Origin: Marsupella aquatica
Lineage: Eukaryota; Plantae; Marchantiophyta
Assembly (NCBI GenBank): GCA_973895155.1
Contig: OZ316892.1
Location: 19,541,869-19,605,868 of the forward strand
DNA length: 64,000 nucleotides
Direction: 5' to 3'
Of this stretch, positions 23,486 through 37,221 are shown piece after piece. The translations under genes were made by a program, and so were the position numbers. The first letter of the stretch is position 1; every line of letters starts with the position of its first letter. Below the pieces are notes generated by a model, which was not told the origin of the DNA, searched no databases, and saw nothing but the letters and a program-made list of their open reading frames with translations.

Positions 23486-24491
23486 TCAAGAGGCGTCACG
23501 TGGCGAACAGTCTCAGTTCAAAAAGCTGGCCTGAGAGCTGCGTGTCCCCGTCCTACAGGTCGCTGCAATTCTATTACGAAAACTCTCACCACGATTGTGT
23601 TGTGTGCAGTCTTCACTCTCCCTCCTCCCGTTCCTCTTCTGTTTCTCGTGCTATGTCGCGTCCCTCCGCCCGCGTGAATCGGCTGCACACGGCCAATGTG
23701 TGCCGTGAAATGTGATGCAATGTGTGCAACATTATAGAGCTCGCGAGTGACTCGCTCCTCGATTTTTTTTTAAGTTCTTTCCGTCTTCGTGGAGAGTTGT
23801 TGGTGTGCATCTAGCATCGTCTAGTGTCGCTGCTCCTCTGCGTTTCTGTTCTGTTTCGGTTCCGATCCAATTTCCTTGACCTAACCGAAATTCCGCACTG
23901 GGTGTGCATCCGTCTCGAGTGAAGTGGATTGTGGAGAAAAGGCTGTGGGAAAAAAAGGGGTGTAGAGCACCGCACTCCTCACGGAGTTGTGCGGTGTTTT
24001 GACCAGTTATCTGATTATCGTTGAGGTCGATACACTTCCATGCAGTAGCCTTTTCTCTCCCGTGGTTGCAGTTTTCGGATTGTCTCAATTTCGTGCTCAG
24101 GTTGAGATGTAGGTGTTTTTTTCCTATGATTGTGGAGGAGGTCTGGATCGATGGTATGAAGCCGGGATTGTCTACCTTTCGATCCGACCCGCGCGTTTCA
24201 TCCAGAAACTTGCTATCAGTTTAGCCCCGTGTTGTAAATTTTTGTAATCGGCTCTTTCTTAGGGTTTGCTCTTTTTACTGTCAAGAGATTTGTAGCCACG
24301 GAGGAGGTACTTTCGGGTGTGATCTGAGTTCCTCATCGCCTTGTTAGATGCGGGAGAACTGTTATTCACTTGAAAGCCTTTCGGTTTTACCGAGTCGAGA
24401 CGAAATCGCGTCCTGTTCCTTTGTCCAGAGGGATTGCAATTGGAGTCGTCGATGCTGAGTAGCCTGCTTGAAAAGCGGAGGGCTGGTCACA

Positions 24492-26756
24492 ATGCGACAG
24501 GCGGGTGGTCAGATGTTGAGGTCCGTGGGGAGAATTCTGTCTCAGCAACGCCCGTCGCCTGTCATCACTCAACCGTCTATCTCCTGCCAGTCCTGTCCGC
24601 GGTTGGTGCCGTTTCTACCTGATCATCTGCGCCAGTACAGCAATGGCAGCGCATTGGGATCGTCGAACGGGATTGAGAATTTGAAGGGGGTAGAGACATT
24701 GCAAAGCATTAGGCAACGGGAAGCTCTTCTGAGTGCGTTGCAGCAGCGCCGAGGATTTTTGACTGTCGGCGATGGAGATGAGGAGCCTGATTTGACGAGA
24801 CATTATGAAGAAACTATTGTCATTGGGTAAAGTTCGACATCCGCTCTCACGTAAATGTATCTCTTGACCTCTCAGCTTTATGTCTGTGCAATTAATGGTT
24901 TCAATTTGTCTGCTATACGTCAGGAAACCCTGTGCTGTCTCCTTAAGATAACCTCTCAAACAGTGTCCTTGGATATCCTCTATAATGAATAGTATTTATG
25001 ACTGCCTCGAGATGCATGGGTATTCTTCTAGGAGAATTTACTCTACAAAATTTAAGGTTCTAGCTTTGGAGCCTCCGAAGTAATTAAAGTTAGATCCTTG
25101 AGATCCTATCAGGGGCAGTGGAGGAAGGGAGGCTGTTAAATTGCAATTTCGTGCTTTGCGGTGGATTCGTCGTAACAGCCGAAGGTTTTAAGTTTATAAG
25201 AAATTTTTACAACAATTCAGCAGTTCCGAGTATCACTAGGAGAAAATTTTCACCCTGGACGGATCAGGAGCAGAAGTCACTAACATTTAGTGGCTGGTCA
25301 CATTCATGCACGACATGCAGAACAAGGTCCTGTGTTATTTTGATATTGTCTATGGACAGTTTGCCTAAACGTGATAGTAGGTGTCATTTATATTGTGTCA
25401 ATTGAGCCCTCCTCTTGACCTACATCTGAGTATCACTAGGATGTTATCCTTCTGGATAAATTCTTGAGGGCTGGCTCTTTCTTGCTGCAGACATGGAATG
25501 GAATAGGTCTTTCTTGCCATGCTTGTCAAGGACACAGAAGAGAGTTTCTGTGTGTCTGGACTCAGAGAATAGAGACGAAGCCACTGTTGACCAGCCAGTA
25601 AGAAACGATCAGAAATGAATATGGAACCAAATTTATGTTCTGCTTGCTGTTATTAATTCATTAGTTGGAAAAAGAATTATCTATCTCATAAGAAGAGCTC
25701 GGTTGCGTTTGTTACTAGCGATCTTGACTATTGATTGCATCATTAATTGTGACAAAGGGAGTTTTATAATCCGTAGTCCTAATTGGAACGTTCTCTAATG
25801 ATATAGTGGACTTGTGGTCTGCAGATACTCTCCAGAGCAGCTGTATGCTGTAGTTGCTGCAGTCGACTTGTATGAGGATTTTGTGCCATGGTGCCAGAGG
25901 TCATCAGTGATCTGGCGCAAAGATAATGAAGCTCTTGAAGCAGAACTGGAAATTGGGTTTAAGTTTTTTGTAGAGCGCTACATCTCTCATGTTGAATTGA
26001 AGAAACCGTATCTAATCAAGGTTTGGTCTCTTTTCTGGCCAACGTTTTGCTGGAATTACTCGCACTGTGTTAATGAATAATATCTCGTTAGGGGTCATGC
26101 GAACACGTCAAAGCTCTTTCCTCTTGAAGTTCAGGAACTCTTTTGGGCGTTTAGAAGCTGTTTTGGACTGCAGTTAGTCACTTTGGACCATTTTTAAGGG
26201 TTGGAGAGTACTTTCCAGTATGGTTATGTAAACGCAGAGATTCTGACGCTGTGGTTGTTGTTTTTGCTGCAGAGCACAGTGTCACAGAGTTCGTTATTTC
26301 ATCATTTGATTAATGTATGGGAGTTCAAGCCTGGCCCAACTCCACATTCAACCGATTTGCACTTTCTCGTAGACTTTCAGTTTCGCTCCCCTCTATATCG
26401 TAAGGTATGTGATTGCTTGTCCATGAGTCTCATTGTGTTGTCTAGGATAGTTATATACTCTTCGCGCATTAGCTATATCGCGATACATGTGAGGTGCCCT
26501 TCTTCGCAGGTACTGGTTATTGCTCTTTCCCACAGCTTCTTGCACGATGTGGAATGTTAGAGTTAAGTGCAGACAGTGACTATCATTCTTTGATTTGCAG
26601 GTGGCAAACATGTTTTTCAATGAAGTTGTACAGCGGCTTGTCGGCTCTTTCGAAAATCGATGTAGGACTGTCTATGGACCCAGTTTGCAGGTGAACCGAA
26701 CTAAACAAGAAACTCATACTAAGTGCCATAATCTTCAAGCCAAGTACCAGGACTAA
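24492..26756 (+). CDS. COQ10: Coenzyme Q-binding protein COQ10 homolog (START/polyketide cyclase fold), mitochondrial, 4 exons
   Basis: Exons 24492-24826, 25825-26020, 26273-26404, 26601-26756. The N-terminus is Arg/Ser-rich like a transit peptide. Motifs include YEETIVIGYSPEQLYAVVAAVDLYEDFVPWCQRS, AELEIGFKFFVERYISHV, LFHHLINVWEFKPGP, VDFQFRSPLY and MFFNEVVQRLVGSFENRC. Confidence 0.95.
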
Positions 26757-28808
26757 GTGGACATTGGGGTTCGTTTGTATCATTTTCAAATCGGTTTGTG
26801 AACGGTGAATGTGACCTTAAGGACCATGTACTGGGCAGAGGGTGGCAGCAATAATTGTTTTTGTATCCACCCACCAGATCAAGCCCAGCGCTTGATCTTT
26901 TGTTTCTCCTAACCACCAAACTCTTAATTCGATGCCATCGTCATTAAGCTGGCATTCTTGTTCCTCTACATTTCCTTCGGGTTGCGGCAAAAGTTAAAAT
27001 TGGCAAACCGATGCTGGCACCCAATTTTCTTGAGTTGTAGCGTTTCTTGTTGAAACCTCCAAGCGTCGGGATCCACAATGTATCCCAGGGGTCCCTCCCT
27101 TTGAATTAGTTCTAGTTGTAAGGGCTACCGAATGTATGGTATGTACACCTAGCAAAAATCAATATTTCTGAAAAGTTCACGAACATCCAAGTGTGCTCCT
27201 GTCGTCTGGTCAAATGCGAAATCATCCTCTGTCGAAAGTATTGACAAATCGCCGTGACAGAGTTAAACTTACCCTGGGACCGTTTTCTGACAGCTAATCC
27301 ACTGAAATTGACAGCCTTGACTTCAAAGCCGGAACTGTCAACTGAGAAGATGTCTGTTGTTGAAGCTGTGGATGTTATGAAAGTAGGACAATCACTGACG
27401 AAGCCCCTGGCTCGGCCATTACATTGGTTTTGGCGCTGAACTGTGGAGATTCACTTTGACAAGTATCGACAAAGGGAATGAATACAATACTTTTGCGTAC
27501 TTTAAGTGGGAAGGACGTACCCTTGACGATATGAGGATTTTGATTTGGGCGAAGTCCATCGCAATGGCCCGCTCCAAAGGTGTTTGGAATTCTTAGGTGG
27601 GCAGAGCGAGAAACCCTGCAACCAGGGCGCTTTCGGCTGTTTGTAATTTAGTTCAAAACCTGGTCTTTAGTCCAAAACACTCGGTCACAAAGGACTGAAT
27701 GACTATTTTCCGTGTTTGTAATCTGGTTCAAAACCAGCTCTCCAACCAAAAAGCTTCCGTTACAAAAGACTTAAGCGACTATTCGCCCACCCTCTCTAAA
27801 CCTGTACTATCATCCTCGATTATGTTCTTCCCTCTATATATGCTGGAGTCCTAATATTCTCGCGGGGAAAGCTCAAAGGGTATTGCAACATGTAGGTGAG
27901 AAGGTGAACAAGGGAATAGCCTCCCTCGACCTACGTTTCTATCTATCCTCATTACATTCCCTGTATATATTATGGAATAACTACCATATTATTCCCAGTC
28001 CTACTTGCAAATATGGTTCATGTTTTCAGGTCACTACAATTCAAGTAATGGACGAGACTGGTCTCCAGCTGCTGAGTCAGACTAAGTCAAGAAGACCCCG
28101 AAACACTTTTTTTCATGCATTAGTCCACTAGGTCACTTTGTTCATTCCACAAAACACTGATACATAACCACCTTTTATTGTGGAATCAACCGACAACTTC
28201 GCTTTGTTCGAACAATGATACCCGACTACTCCACTTCGTTCAGTCAACAAGATGGACGATTGAAAACCGACACATGATCACTTTTCGTTATCGTTCTGAA
28301 ATGAGTCGCTCTGCCAGCTAAGTCTGTCTCAATCTCTGCTTAGTTCTGGAACAATGAATCTGCAGTACTGGTACAGCATGCTGACTTGAACTTCGTACCT
28401 TCACGCTTTCCTGATAAGACCTGGTGCATGGTTCAGACTCCGACATAGATTTAAGCTTTCTGTTCATGCCAAGTTACCACAAATAGGCACACATGTGAGG
28501 AGCCGCGCCTCTAAGGTCCATAAGCGTTTGATTGATATCTTTCCACACTTGAATTGCCAGACAATCCTTTCATGAGATGGATCCGCAACGGGGTTTAGGG
28601 GTCCATATACTTTCCATACTGGTTAGAACGGAAAGGCATTTCCTCAGGAGAAGTAACTCAGGAAAAATGATCGTTAAAGAAAACGAAGTGTGCTTCTTCA
28701 AATAGATTTGAACCAACTGCAATACTCTGTTCAATCTGATTTAGTATATGATACAAAAGGTTGTCGCGTCACAATCTGGCTACATAATCACTAAACCTAC
28801 CTACCTAC

Positions 28809-31800
28809 CTAGTTCTCATCAGTACTTCCCACGTCACTTGTGGGCCCGTGTATTGAATCATTGCTTTCGGAGCTACTACTATCAGTGCCATTAGTACTTT
28901 TAGTACTATTTAATCTATTGAGGGTTGCATAAGATCCTCCCGAGGGACTGCTAGAACCTGACAAGCTCAAATCCCACTCACTAAGTTCATGATGCGCGTG
29001 AGCGTCCTTCAATGTTTGGGATAAAAGTTGCTGACGCTCAAGCCTCTCAGATGCTAAGAGGAGGTTGTGCCACTTCTCGCTGCAGGTCTCATTAAGTTCC
29101 AATACAGAGCTGGCGTCAATATTAAGGGTTACAAGATCCGCCAATAAGTTAAATTCTCCACAATCCTTGAGCAATTTGTGATTCCCGTCCTTCAGTGCGA
29201 TCAACTGTCACCAGTGCACGAGTATGTTAGATGAACATTAACCTACAACTCTCCCTAAAAAAAGGTTGGTAAACGGTACACTCTAGAGTAGCTGCTCCAC
29301 TTATAATGCAGTAAGATTTCAGAATAATTCTACTTCGATCTAGCAAGTCAAAACTCTGCTGTTACACAAAACCTTTCTAATCACTTGGAAGTGGAGAAGG
29401 TCCCTAGTTCTTACCTCAGCTGCTCCACCCATTGTATTGGTCGAGTAAATCTTGACATGGTCAACGAGGTCGCAGTATCTTTCAATTGAACTTGTAAATA
29501 ATTTGTGGGATCGCAACTGTCCCCTTACAGGAACACCTCTTTTTGTGAGAATCGTCCTCCTGTGATGAATCAAGTGGCCGTCAATTATTAGTCTTGGATT
29601 CTTCACCCACAACGTCAAAGCGTGTGATGAAACAATATTTGAGCAACGACCACCAGCATCTCTTGGTAACATAATGGTTCTCATTCAAGGTCCTGGTCTG
29701 GAATTAAGGTGAGTGAAATCCTTTATGCATTCTAAAGATCATCAAGCTGTTCCTCTACTTAGTCTGTCAACGGCATTCAATCAAGAAGAATGGAATTCAA
29801 ATCCGAGGCTGTGTTACTCTACTCTCTACCTACTGCATTCTCAAATTTTGCTCACCACCAATTACAAAAGAACTGAGAGAAGTTTTAAAGCCGTACCTCA
29901 TGCCTCGCACCACTGCCAAGTGTGCATCACAAATGACCCCCACAAATTCGATTCGATAAGGTTTTCTTTCAGCTACAGGTACTGGCTTCTTTAGCTTTGA
30001 CCCGTCACAAGTAGACACATTTCCATTCGATAATTCAGGGACTAACTCCTCGGAATCCTCCTCAACTGGCTCCCAATACTGCTCAAAAATGGTGCCATCA
30101 GCATTTTTTCCATACCCAGGACCCATGCGGTAGTGCTTGTTATGAATATCCCTGGCCATTTGTACAGTTTGTGTTACAAATGGCTCCCATGACATCGTTC
30201 CATCCAAGATCACATCCCTCCCTTCATTCAGTGCCGTGACCAACAAGGATGATGCTGCATTTGTAGATGACTCATGTACCTGGGAGTCAATACATATCTC
30301 TCATCAGGTCTCATTGGTGATAATCAAAATGATCATCACCAGGCATTCTAAGTGTCGATATGACATTTCCTGCGACCAAGAATTTGCCGTCCGAAGTACA
30401 TTGTAATCCTTCTCAAGAGCAACAGCAAGAACGACTGAGATACCTGACTGGGAGACAGTGAAAAAGGAACACATCCACTGATCTTGGAGTGGACCAACTT
30501 ACAAGTTCTGCAGCCTCCGAACTATTCTCTCCATTGCTCATTGAGCTAAGAGTACGATATATGATGTCGCTTTCCTTGAAGGCATCTGCTTCGACGACCA
30601 CAGCCTCACTGGCGACACTTTTCCAGAATGGCCTGCATGAGCAATTAAGGCCACAACAATAATGAGAGCTCCAATGCTATTGAGAAGGAATTAGTGGAAC
30701 AAACATATTCAAGGCTGGATCACAACTAACCTTAAAATCATGTATGGAGAAAGGCAAATTCAGCAACGGTGACATGGGGCAAGAATAATTTAAGGCCTTG
30801 TCAGCATACCCTTGCATGATCTCTTTCACAACAGTGCTCTTTCCAGCCCCCATTCCGCCCCCAGTTAACAGGAGAACAGGACTACGCACTGAAGAGTCGG
30901 CAGGCACTACCACGTTTCCTTGCACTGGTGTCGCAGCGTTGTGCTTCCCCATCGCCTTCATCATCTCCAACGTATTAGCGAACCATCTTTTCGTCTTCAG
31001 TTCCCTCGTCACCCTTTCAAACCTCTGCTTTCTGCAAGAAAGCAAGTTCACTGAATCAAAATTGTACGGGATCAAGATTAGCTTGATGACGTATAGTTAT
31101 AACTGCTTTCATGTTCTCTCCAATGCACTCTACCTTGGACATCCTCTGAAATAATTGTGATGTAAGCATATCCTTAACATCTATGCTTCATTTCTCATGA
31201 ACCATTCAAAATGAAAATCTCCTTAGGTAAAGGTCAATGTATCTATGCCCGAGTGTCCCTAGCCGCAACACAAGTACGTACCTACCTCTTAAATCTCACA
31301 AATACCTGACAATACTCCAGGCAAGGAACTTTAAACCGTACCTGGTTGCCGTAAGAACGGCCATTTTGAGTGACCTCTTCTTCTTCGTTGATCCACCGTT
31401 CATGATCTGCATTTTGTTTGAGAGAGCCTTTCGTTAGGACTTCCTGCGCATTGCCTCTACACAAAAAAATAGCTTTAACGCCAAGTCGTGCAAATCACGG
31501 AATGGCCTCGAGAAGCTCATAAATGATATGCATAAAATGTGCATACGAAAGCCAGGCAAAGTAACGAATTATAGATTGAGCACTCAGTATGGCAGTCTTG
31601 TCAAATTAGTCGGATTTGGTTTCAAGACACGTGCACAGTCTGGTCCTCGCAAACCTGACCTGATTGATAATTTTGTCCTTGTGGTTCCAGTGAAAGCTGA
31701 AGTACGAGACCATGCAGAGATCGAGCTCGTTCACGAATTGTTTGTTGAGGTCCTCGATTTCGTCGTCAGTGACTGAAGGACAAACTCGGGTCAGAAACTC

Positions 31801-32285
31801 GAAAAGGTTCTCGAGGCTTTGGTCCGAGCGACTCTTATCTCCACGCAAGTAGTCCTCAGCCACCTTGGCAAGACGCTGCGCAGCGGGTGTCCCTCCGTCT
31901 AACCCCATCTGGCGAACTAGAAATCAATTTAAGAATCAACCAGCAATGTGAGTCATATGGAAAAGGCTCAGTGACGATGTGAGGCCGTCTCCTCCAAATC
32001 CTCCGAGACTGAGGATTATGGTCAAAAATCGTGGCAAGCTGCTACAGATAAACAAGAATTAGCAGGAGGCTTCAAGGAATTTCGCAGGAACTCACCGACG
32101 TAATCGCCAAATCGCTCAAAGCACGTCACATTGCCATCGATGGTTTGAACCTTTGGGACTAACTTATCGTATTTTTCTTTCTCCCGTTTAGCGTTCTGAA
32201 AGTGCAGGACGAGCTTCACGACTCCGACAGCAAGTAGCGCTGTTACAAGACCGACGCCCGATATAACCCCCTTCATCCTGTCCAT
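28809..32285 (-). CDS. NADKc: Calmodulin/Ca2+-dependent NAD kinase (NADKc type; zeta-toxin-like P-loop kinase), 8 exons
   Basis: Exons on the minus strand: 32285-32096, 31916-31660, 31406-31342, 31031-30810, 30632-30503, 30279-29897, 29559-29415, 29204-28809. There is an N-terminal TM helix and a Walker A motif (GGGMGAGKST). Other motifs: VVEADAFKESD, ALNEGRDVILDGTMSWEPFV, KPYRIEFVGVICDAHLAVVRG and QLRSHK. Confidence 0.9.
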
Positions 32286-33892
32286 CGACCCGACACCGCC
32301 GGCCCCTCAGCAGCTTCGCCACTGATGCAGACTCACGTCCAATCTGAGCAACGACCAAAGCATCGAGAAATTGAAATTAATACACATCCAGTGAGAGTTC
32401 ACAATGGCTGGATGATAAGGATCCGGTCCGGTCCTTTTCGTCAAAGCCTGCTGACAACAGAATTACGCAGACTAAGAAAAACAAAGGCCTACCGATGTGA
32501 CAGGAACTGCCCCTATCCATTCCCTGCAATGTTCCTCTGATCAATTACTTCGGGCCTTCCTCGTGAGAGGGAAGTCGGCGTTTTCTGGTGGACAGACTCC
32601 GATCTGAAATGCTGTGACTGAACGTCCTTCAGTCATCAGACCATCAGCCACTTAGTCATTGTCACACACAATCTGATGCCCCGGCTAGACCAATGCAAAC
32701 AGGAGACTGGCCAACCGGACTGATGGAACCTAGCTGTCCAAAGACAGCAAGGGACCGAGACAAGTGAGGGCAGGAGTGCAGAGAAAATGAAAAGCACTCT
32801 TTCTCGTAAGTAATCAAAGTGGAAAACTCTCTCAAGACAGGTCTCAGCTTCGAGTCAGAATAGCTCTGCGAATTATGGTACTGCATAGGGACCATCTAAG
32901 AGATACTAAGATGTAAGAGTAATCACGTTACGATAGCTCCACTCCCTTAAGACCGAGGGACACTATGAGGACTCGCAATGCTGCGTAGTGATCATTGCCA
33001 GCAACCATTCTCGGCAATAAGAAACCATTCCAATCCATGCTTTTATAAGGCTAATCCCCAACCAACAGGAGTTCGCAATATCAGATCCCAAAGACGGGCT
33101 CAAAAGTGTCCGCAGATTGTACGACTTGCCATACAAATCGCATTCCACAAAAGACTGAAGAGAACATGTTAGAATAATAATCGACCACAAATTGAGATAA
33201 GGTGAGAGAATCTTCATATGTGACCTTGAATGAAATGGATGGGACGAAGTGGGTGGGTCAGAATCGGCTGTGAGGGGACGGGATCAAACGTACTTTCGAC
33301 GGACAAGTAAAAATCCTCTGGCTGAACTGCAGCGTGCAGACAGACAGTGCCTCCGATGATTGGACTGGCTCCGTTCGTGACACAAATCTGCCAGACAGAT
33401 AGATAGATAGATGGATCTAGCTCAGTGAACGTGACGAAGGCAACAATCGCTGAGCTCCTCCCTTCACGTCCATTTGAAACTCGCTTTGGAGGCACGCACG
33501 CATCCCTCGTCAAGAACTCGAGGCGATGTTTGTTCCAGAAAACGAGCGAGCCCCTCTAGTCTCATAAAGGAATGGGACTCGTCCTGCAGAATCTGCCTCC
33601 TCCTTCTAATTGATAAAGAAGAATCCATTTCTCGCTCTCGTGGCTGACTCCTCCTTTCCGAAACGTGCTCCCGTCGCTCACTCACTCCCTCCGTGCTTCC
33701 TTCTCTCGACCTCACATCCGACCGCCCTCGTCACGATCCTTCGACAGTGCTACCCTCCCCACTTCTTTCTTGACATTCATGAATAACGCTGCCCTACGAT
33801 AAGCATAATTATACTATTAAGAAACTATCGGTACCCTACTATATAGATCCCCTGATGCGCGAGCTTCCTCGCACCTTTCACCACTCATTTTT

Positions 33893-34180
33893 CTCCTCGT
33901 CGTGATTCTGCCTGCTTCGTTTCTTTTCTTTTCTTTTTCATCCCAGCAGCCCTTCGCTTTGGTTTCAAATTGACCCACTCTGCACGTCTCGACGAATCGA
34001 CATAGTCCGGGAGGGCAGTTCCCTTTCACCATTCCGCATCAAATTTTTTTTCCTGCTCCTCGTAATTCTGCCTGCTGCTTTTTCCTTTCCAACAGCGCTT
34101 GGTTTTCGTTTGACCGACTGTTCTTGCACGTCTCGACGAATCGACGATCATCCCGCGAAGGAACTTCTCACATTGCGCAG
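33893..34180. repeat. Diverged direct duplication with about 160 bp spacing, upstream of NADKc
   Basis: ctcctcgt..attctgcctgct...tgcacgtctcgacgaatcgac...cacatt.cgca occurs twice. Confidence 0.75.
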
Positions 34181-34949
34181 CTTCTGCTCAGATTCGTGAG
34201 TGCGTGTTCCCGATCGGTATGCACGGGAGGGAATCAGGGAAGTGAGCAAGGGTCGTCTGCAGCTTCGACTGCAGCTTCATAAAACCTTCTTCCTTTCTAC
34301 AGTAGTACAGTGGGTGTAGAGTCCGGTGGGCTGGTACGAACACGAGTATTTTTTAATGATTTTACTTTTTGCTTCTAAAACCTTCTCCCTTTCTAAAACC
34401 TTGAGTTCTCCCTTTCTACTGTAGGTATACAGTCCCGCCGGGAGGTACAAAACAGCACATTTTTTAAGGATTTGTTTTTTTTGCCAGAGTGGCGAAATGT
34501 AGAAAACAATGTTCCCGTGGTACAGTAGAAAGAAACTATATAATCCAGATGAAATAATTAAGAATATTCCCTGTGACATTGTGAGTTAAACTAGGTCCAT
34601 TAATATGAGTTGAGTTAAACTAGGTCCATTAATATGAGTTGCAAAAATAGTGGAAGCATTTTGACAAACCTAGAGGTTTGTCTGGGTTTCATTTTAGAGT
34701 AATGTACCAGTGTGTGAAGAAGAAGATGCTCAACAGATTTCACTATTCAATCATTTTCTTGACCATCAGATCTCCCTAGATTTAAGGCTGACTGTTATAT
34801 TCTGGTTAATGGGGCCTGTGATTAGGTGGAACATTGGCTAATGAACAAATAGTAGCAAAATTTTGCCACTGCAAAAGATTTTAGTGGCATAATTTGCCAC
34901 AATATTGGTGTTCTGTTTTAGTGACATTTGAATTGCGTTTATTCAAACC

Positions 34950-35145
34950 AAATGGCATAGAAGGGAATTGAGTTAAAGTGAAGTACATGAGATCACACTC
35001 TACAACTCAAACACAGCGCATAGAAGGAAATTGAGTGGAAGAAAAGTACATAACATCACACTATACAACTCAAACACAGCGCACAGGAGGAAATTGAGTG
35101 GAAGAAAAGTACATAAGATCACACTATACAACTCGAACACAGCAC
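34950..35145. repeat. Tandem repeat of about 60 bp, about 3 copies, in an AT-rich region
   Basis: Unit aaattgagtggaagaaaagtacataa.atcacactatacaactcaaacacagcgca. Confidence 0.85.
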
Positions 35146-36572
35146 TTGGGCATTGTGTTAAAACACAACACCAATATTGAAACACAACATTAATTTTTGA
35201 ACCAAGTACAAAAATCTAGAACATATAGTATCTATGCCATTCAGTTTGAATCAACTCAATTAAAATGTCTTCAAACATAACACCAATATTGAAACACGAC
35301 ATTCATTTTTGAACACAACAGTGCAAGTACAAAAATCAACATATACTACAAACTTGAACTAGTATGTGGGTCCAGCTCATTTCTTCCAGGTAAATTATAT
35401 AGCCAAAGTACATTCAAAGGAGTGTTGTAAATTTGTATTAAATTATGTGCATTAAATTTACAAGAATGACATCAAAAGCTCATCTACAATAGCAAGAGTA
35501 TGCCACAAGAAAAATGATGGCTTGGATTGAGCCATTAGTTATAACTATTTGTAATACTATCTTGGGCAACTTAGTTTGAAGATTCAATTTGTTAATATAT
35601 AGTAGTAAAAGAAAATTCTCATCATTATCCTAATATCATGGCAAGTGGAAACAAAGACAAAAACCTTAAGTGTAGAATCATCACAAGTGTTGTGGAGAGA
35701 GAGGTTATATACATAGACCAACTTTCATGGGAGTATGAACACCCATTTCCTTGCATGATGTAGATTCTGTAATAAATTGTACTTTATGATGTTTGACCAT
35801 GACTCTTTTGGTGTGCCTAGGGAGGATTATAGTGAGGTTTACAACATACTTCACACTAGGTGTAAGGAGAGTTTACATGAGACATTCAAGCTTGGAGGCG
35901 GACATCATGGGGTTGAGTATTTTTTGTATGGCTATCATCGTGTGACCAGGTAGGTTTGTATGATTGTATGTTTTGTTTGATGTTTACAATTTGTATGGAT
36001 TTTATGAGTTGAGAAGTGGCACAATGTCCTTTCAATTTGGTTCTTGAGCCCATTGACCCTTTCTTGAGATGAACATTTTTTTCTTGGTTGCTAGAGAAGC
36101 TTGGGAGAGTTTACAAATTATTTGACAATCAATAGCAAACTCAACTTTATTGCAACACTTGAAATACAGGTTTGATTTCTTTCTCTTCTCTCTATATGAT
36201 TTTAACAGTTGTGATTGCTAATATTTTTGGGTGATAAACTAATATCAAAATTTTATGCAGTTCCAAGATTTCACCTCTAGTAGATTGATTTGTGATAATT
36301 ATTTGTGAATAAAAGAAAGTATAAAGTCCTAATTTTCAACATTTTGATATTCAGATCTAAACTTAGTGTACTGTTTGACCAGAAAATTGGAGCCTTCATA
36401 TTTGACTTGTAAATGTTTTCCTAAATCTTAACAAATAAAGAAAATGTAAACACTAATACTCTATCTAAGGAGCTTTGCTACAAAGAAAAGCATAAGAAAA
36501 CTTGAGCTTGAGAGTTATTTCCTTTTGTTCCTTTTCCAATAGAAATAGCAAAATCAAGATCAACTAACTTAA

Positions 36573-36937
36573 AGCCGGGATAGACACAAATGTTGAGAAA
36601 AAGCCCCGATGGACAAACACAACCTACATGGACATAGAACAAACCTAAGATTGTGCTTGTATAACACGCTTTTCACTTGTGCTCCAATGGTGCCCTGTAA
36701 GGAGCTATCTGACCAGGAGCAGGAGGCTTTTTGGTTGTGTTTCTTCCTCTAGTCTGTCCAGGCAGGAGCACCGGAGGAGGTTAAACGTACTTAACGTAAT
36801 GTCTAAATCTCGGTTAGCTTCTGTTCATAAGACACCTGTAATCCATTTTGGGTGTCATTAGGGATTAATGGTGTTATAGTGTCAACAGGCTGTGTCCATC
36901 CGAGTTGTCCCTACAAACGTTTGTGTCTATCCCGGCT
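36573..36937. mobile_element. MITE, about 365 bp, with near-perfect TIRs flanked by TTAA
   Basis: Left end ttaa|agccgggatagacacaaatgtt, right end aacgtttgtgtctatcccggct|ttaa. There is one mismatch in about 22 bp. TTAA lies at 36569-36572 and 36938-36941. Confidence 0.85.
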
Positions 36938-37039
36938 TTAAATTTGACACTACTCTTAACATAACAAGCCATTACCTTAAAAATCAAGAAGACTACAAGT
37001 TAAGGCATCATGCTACACAAGTTCACAAGTGTACTTTTT

Positions 37040-37221
37040 TACCCAATTGTAATTTTAAGATTAATAAGGTTACAAGTAAAGGCATTCTGGTGCACACATC
37101 CGCAAGGGTCGATGTACTGTTTGACCCCAATTGTAACTTTGAATAGATAAGGTTACAAGTTAAGGCATTCTGGTGCACACATCCGCAAGGGTCGGTGTAC
37201 TGTTTGACCCCAATTGTAATT
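37040..37221. repeat. Near-perfect tandem duplication of about 85 bp
   Basis: ataaggttacaagt.aaggcattctggtgcacacatccgcaagggtcg.tgtactgtttgaccccaattgtaa occurs twice. Confidence 0.9.

Noticed and set aside
28809-32285. Bacterial zeta toxin-antitoxin system or contamination
   Set aside because: The gene has eight exons with spliceosomal introns and the motifs of the plant NADKc family, which is known to carry a zeta-toxin-like fold.
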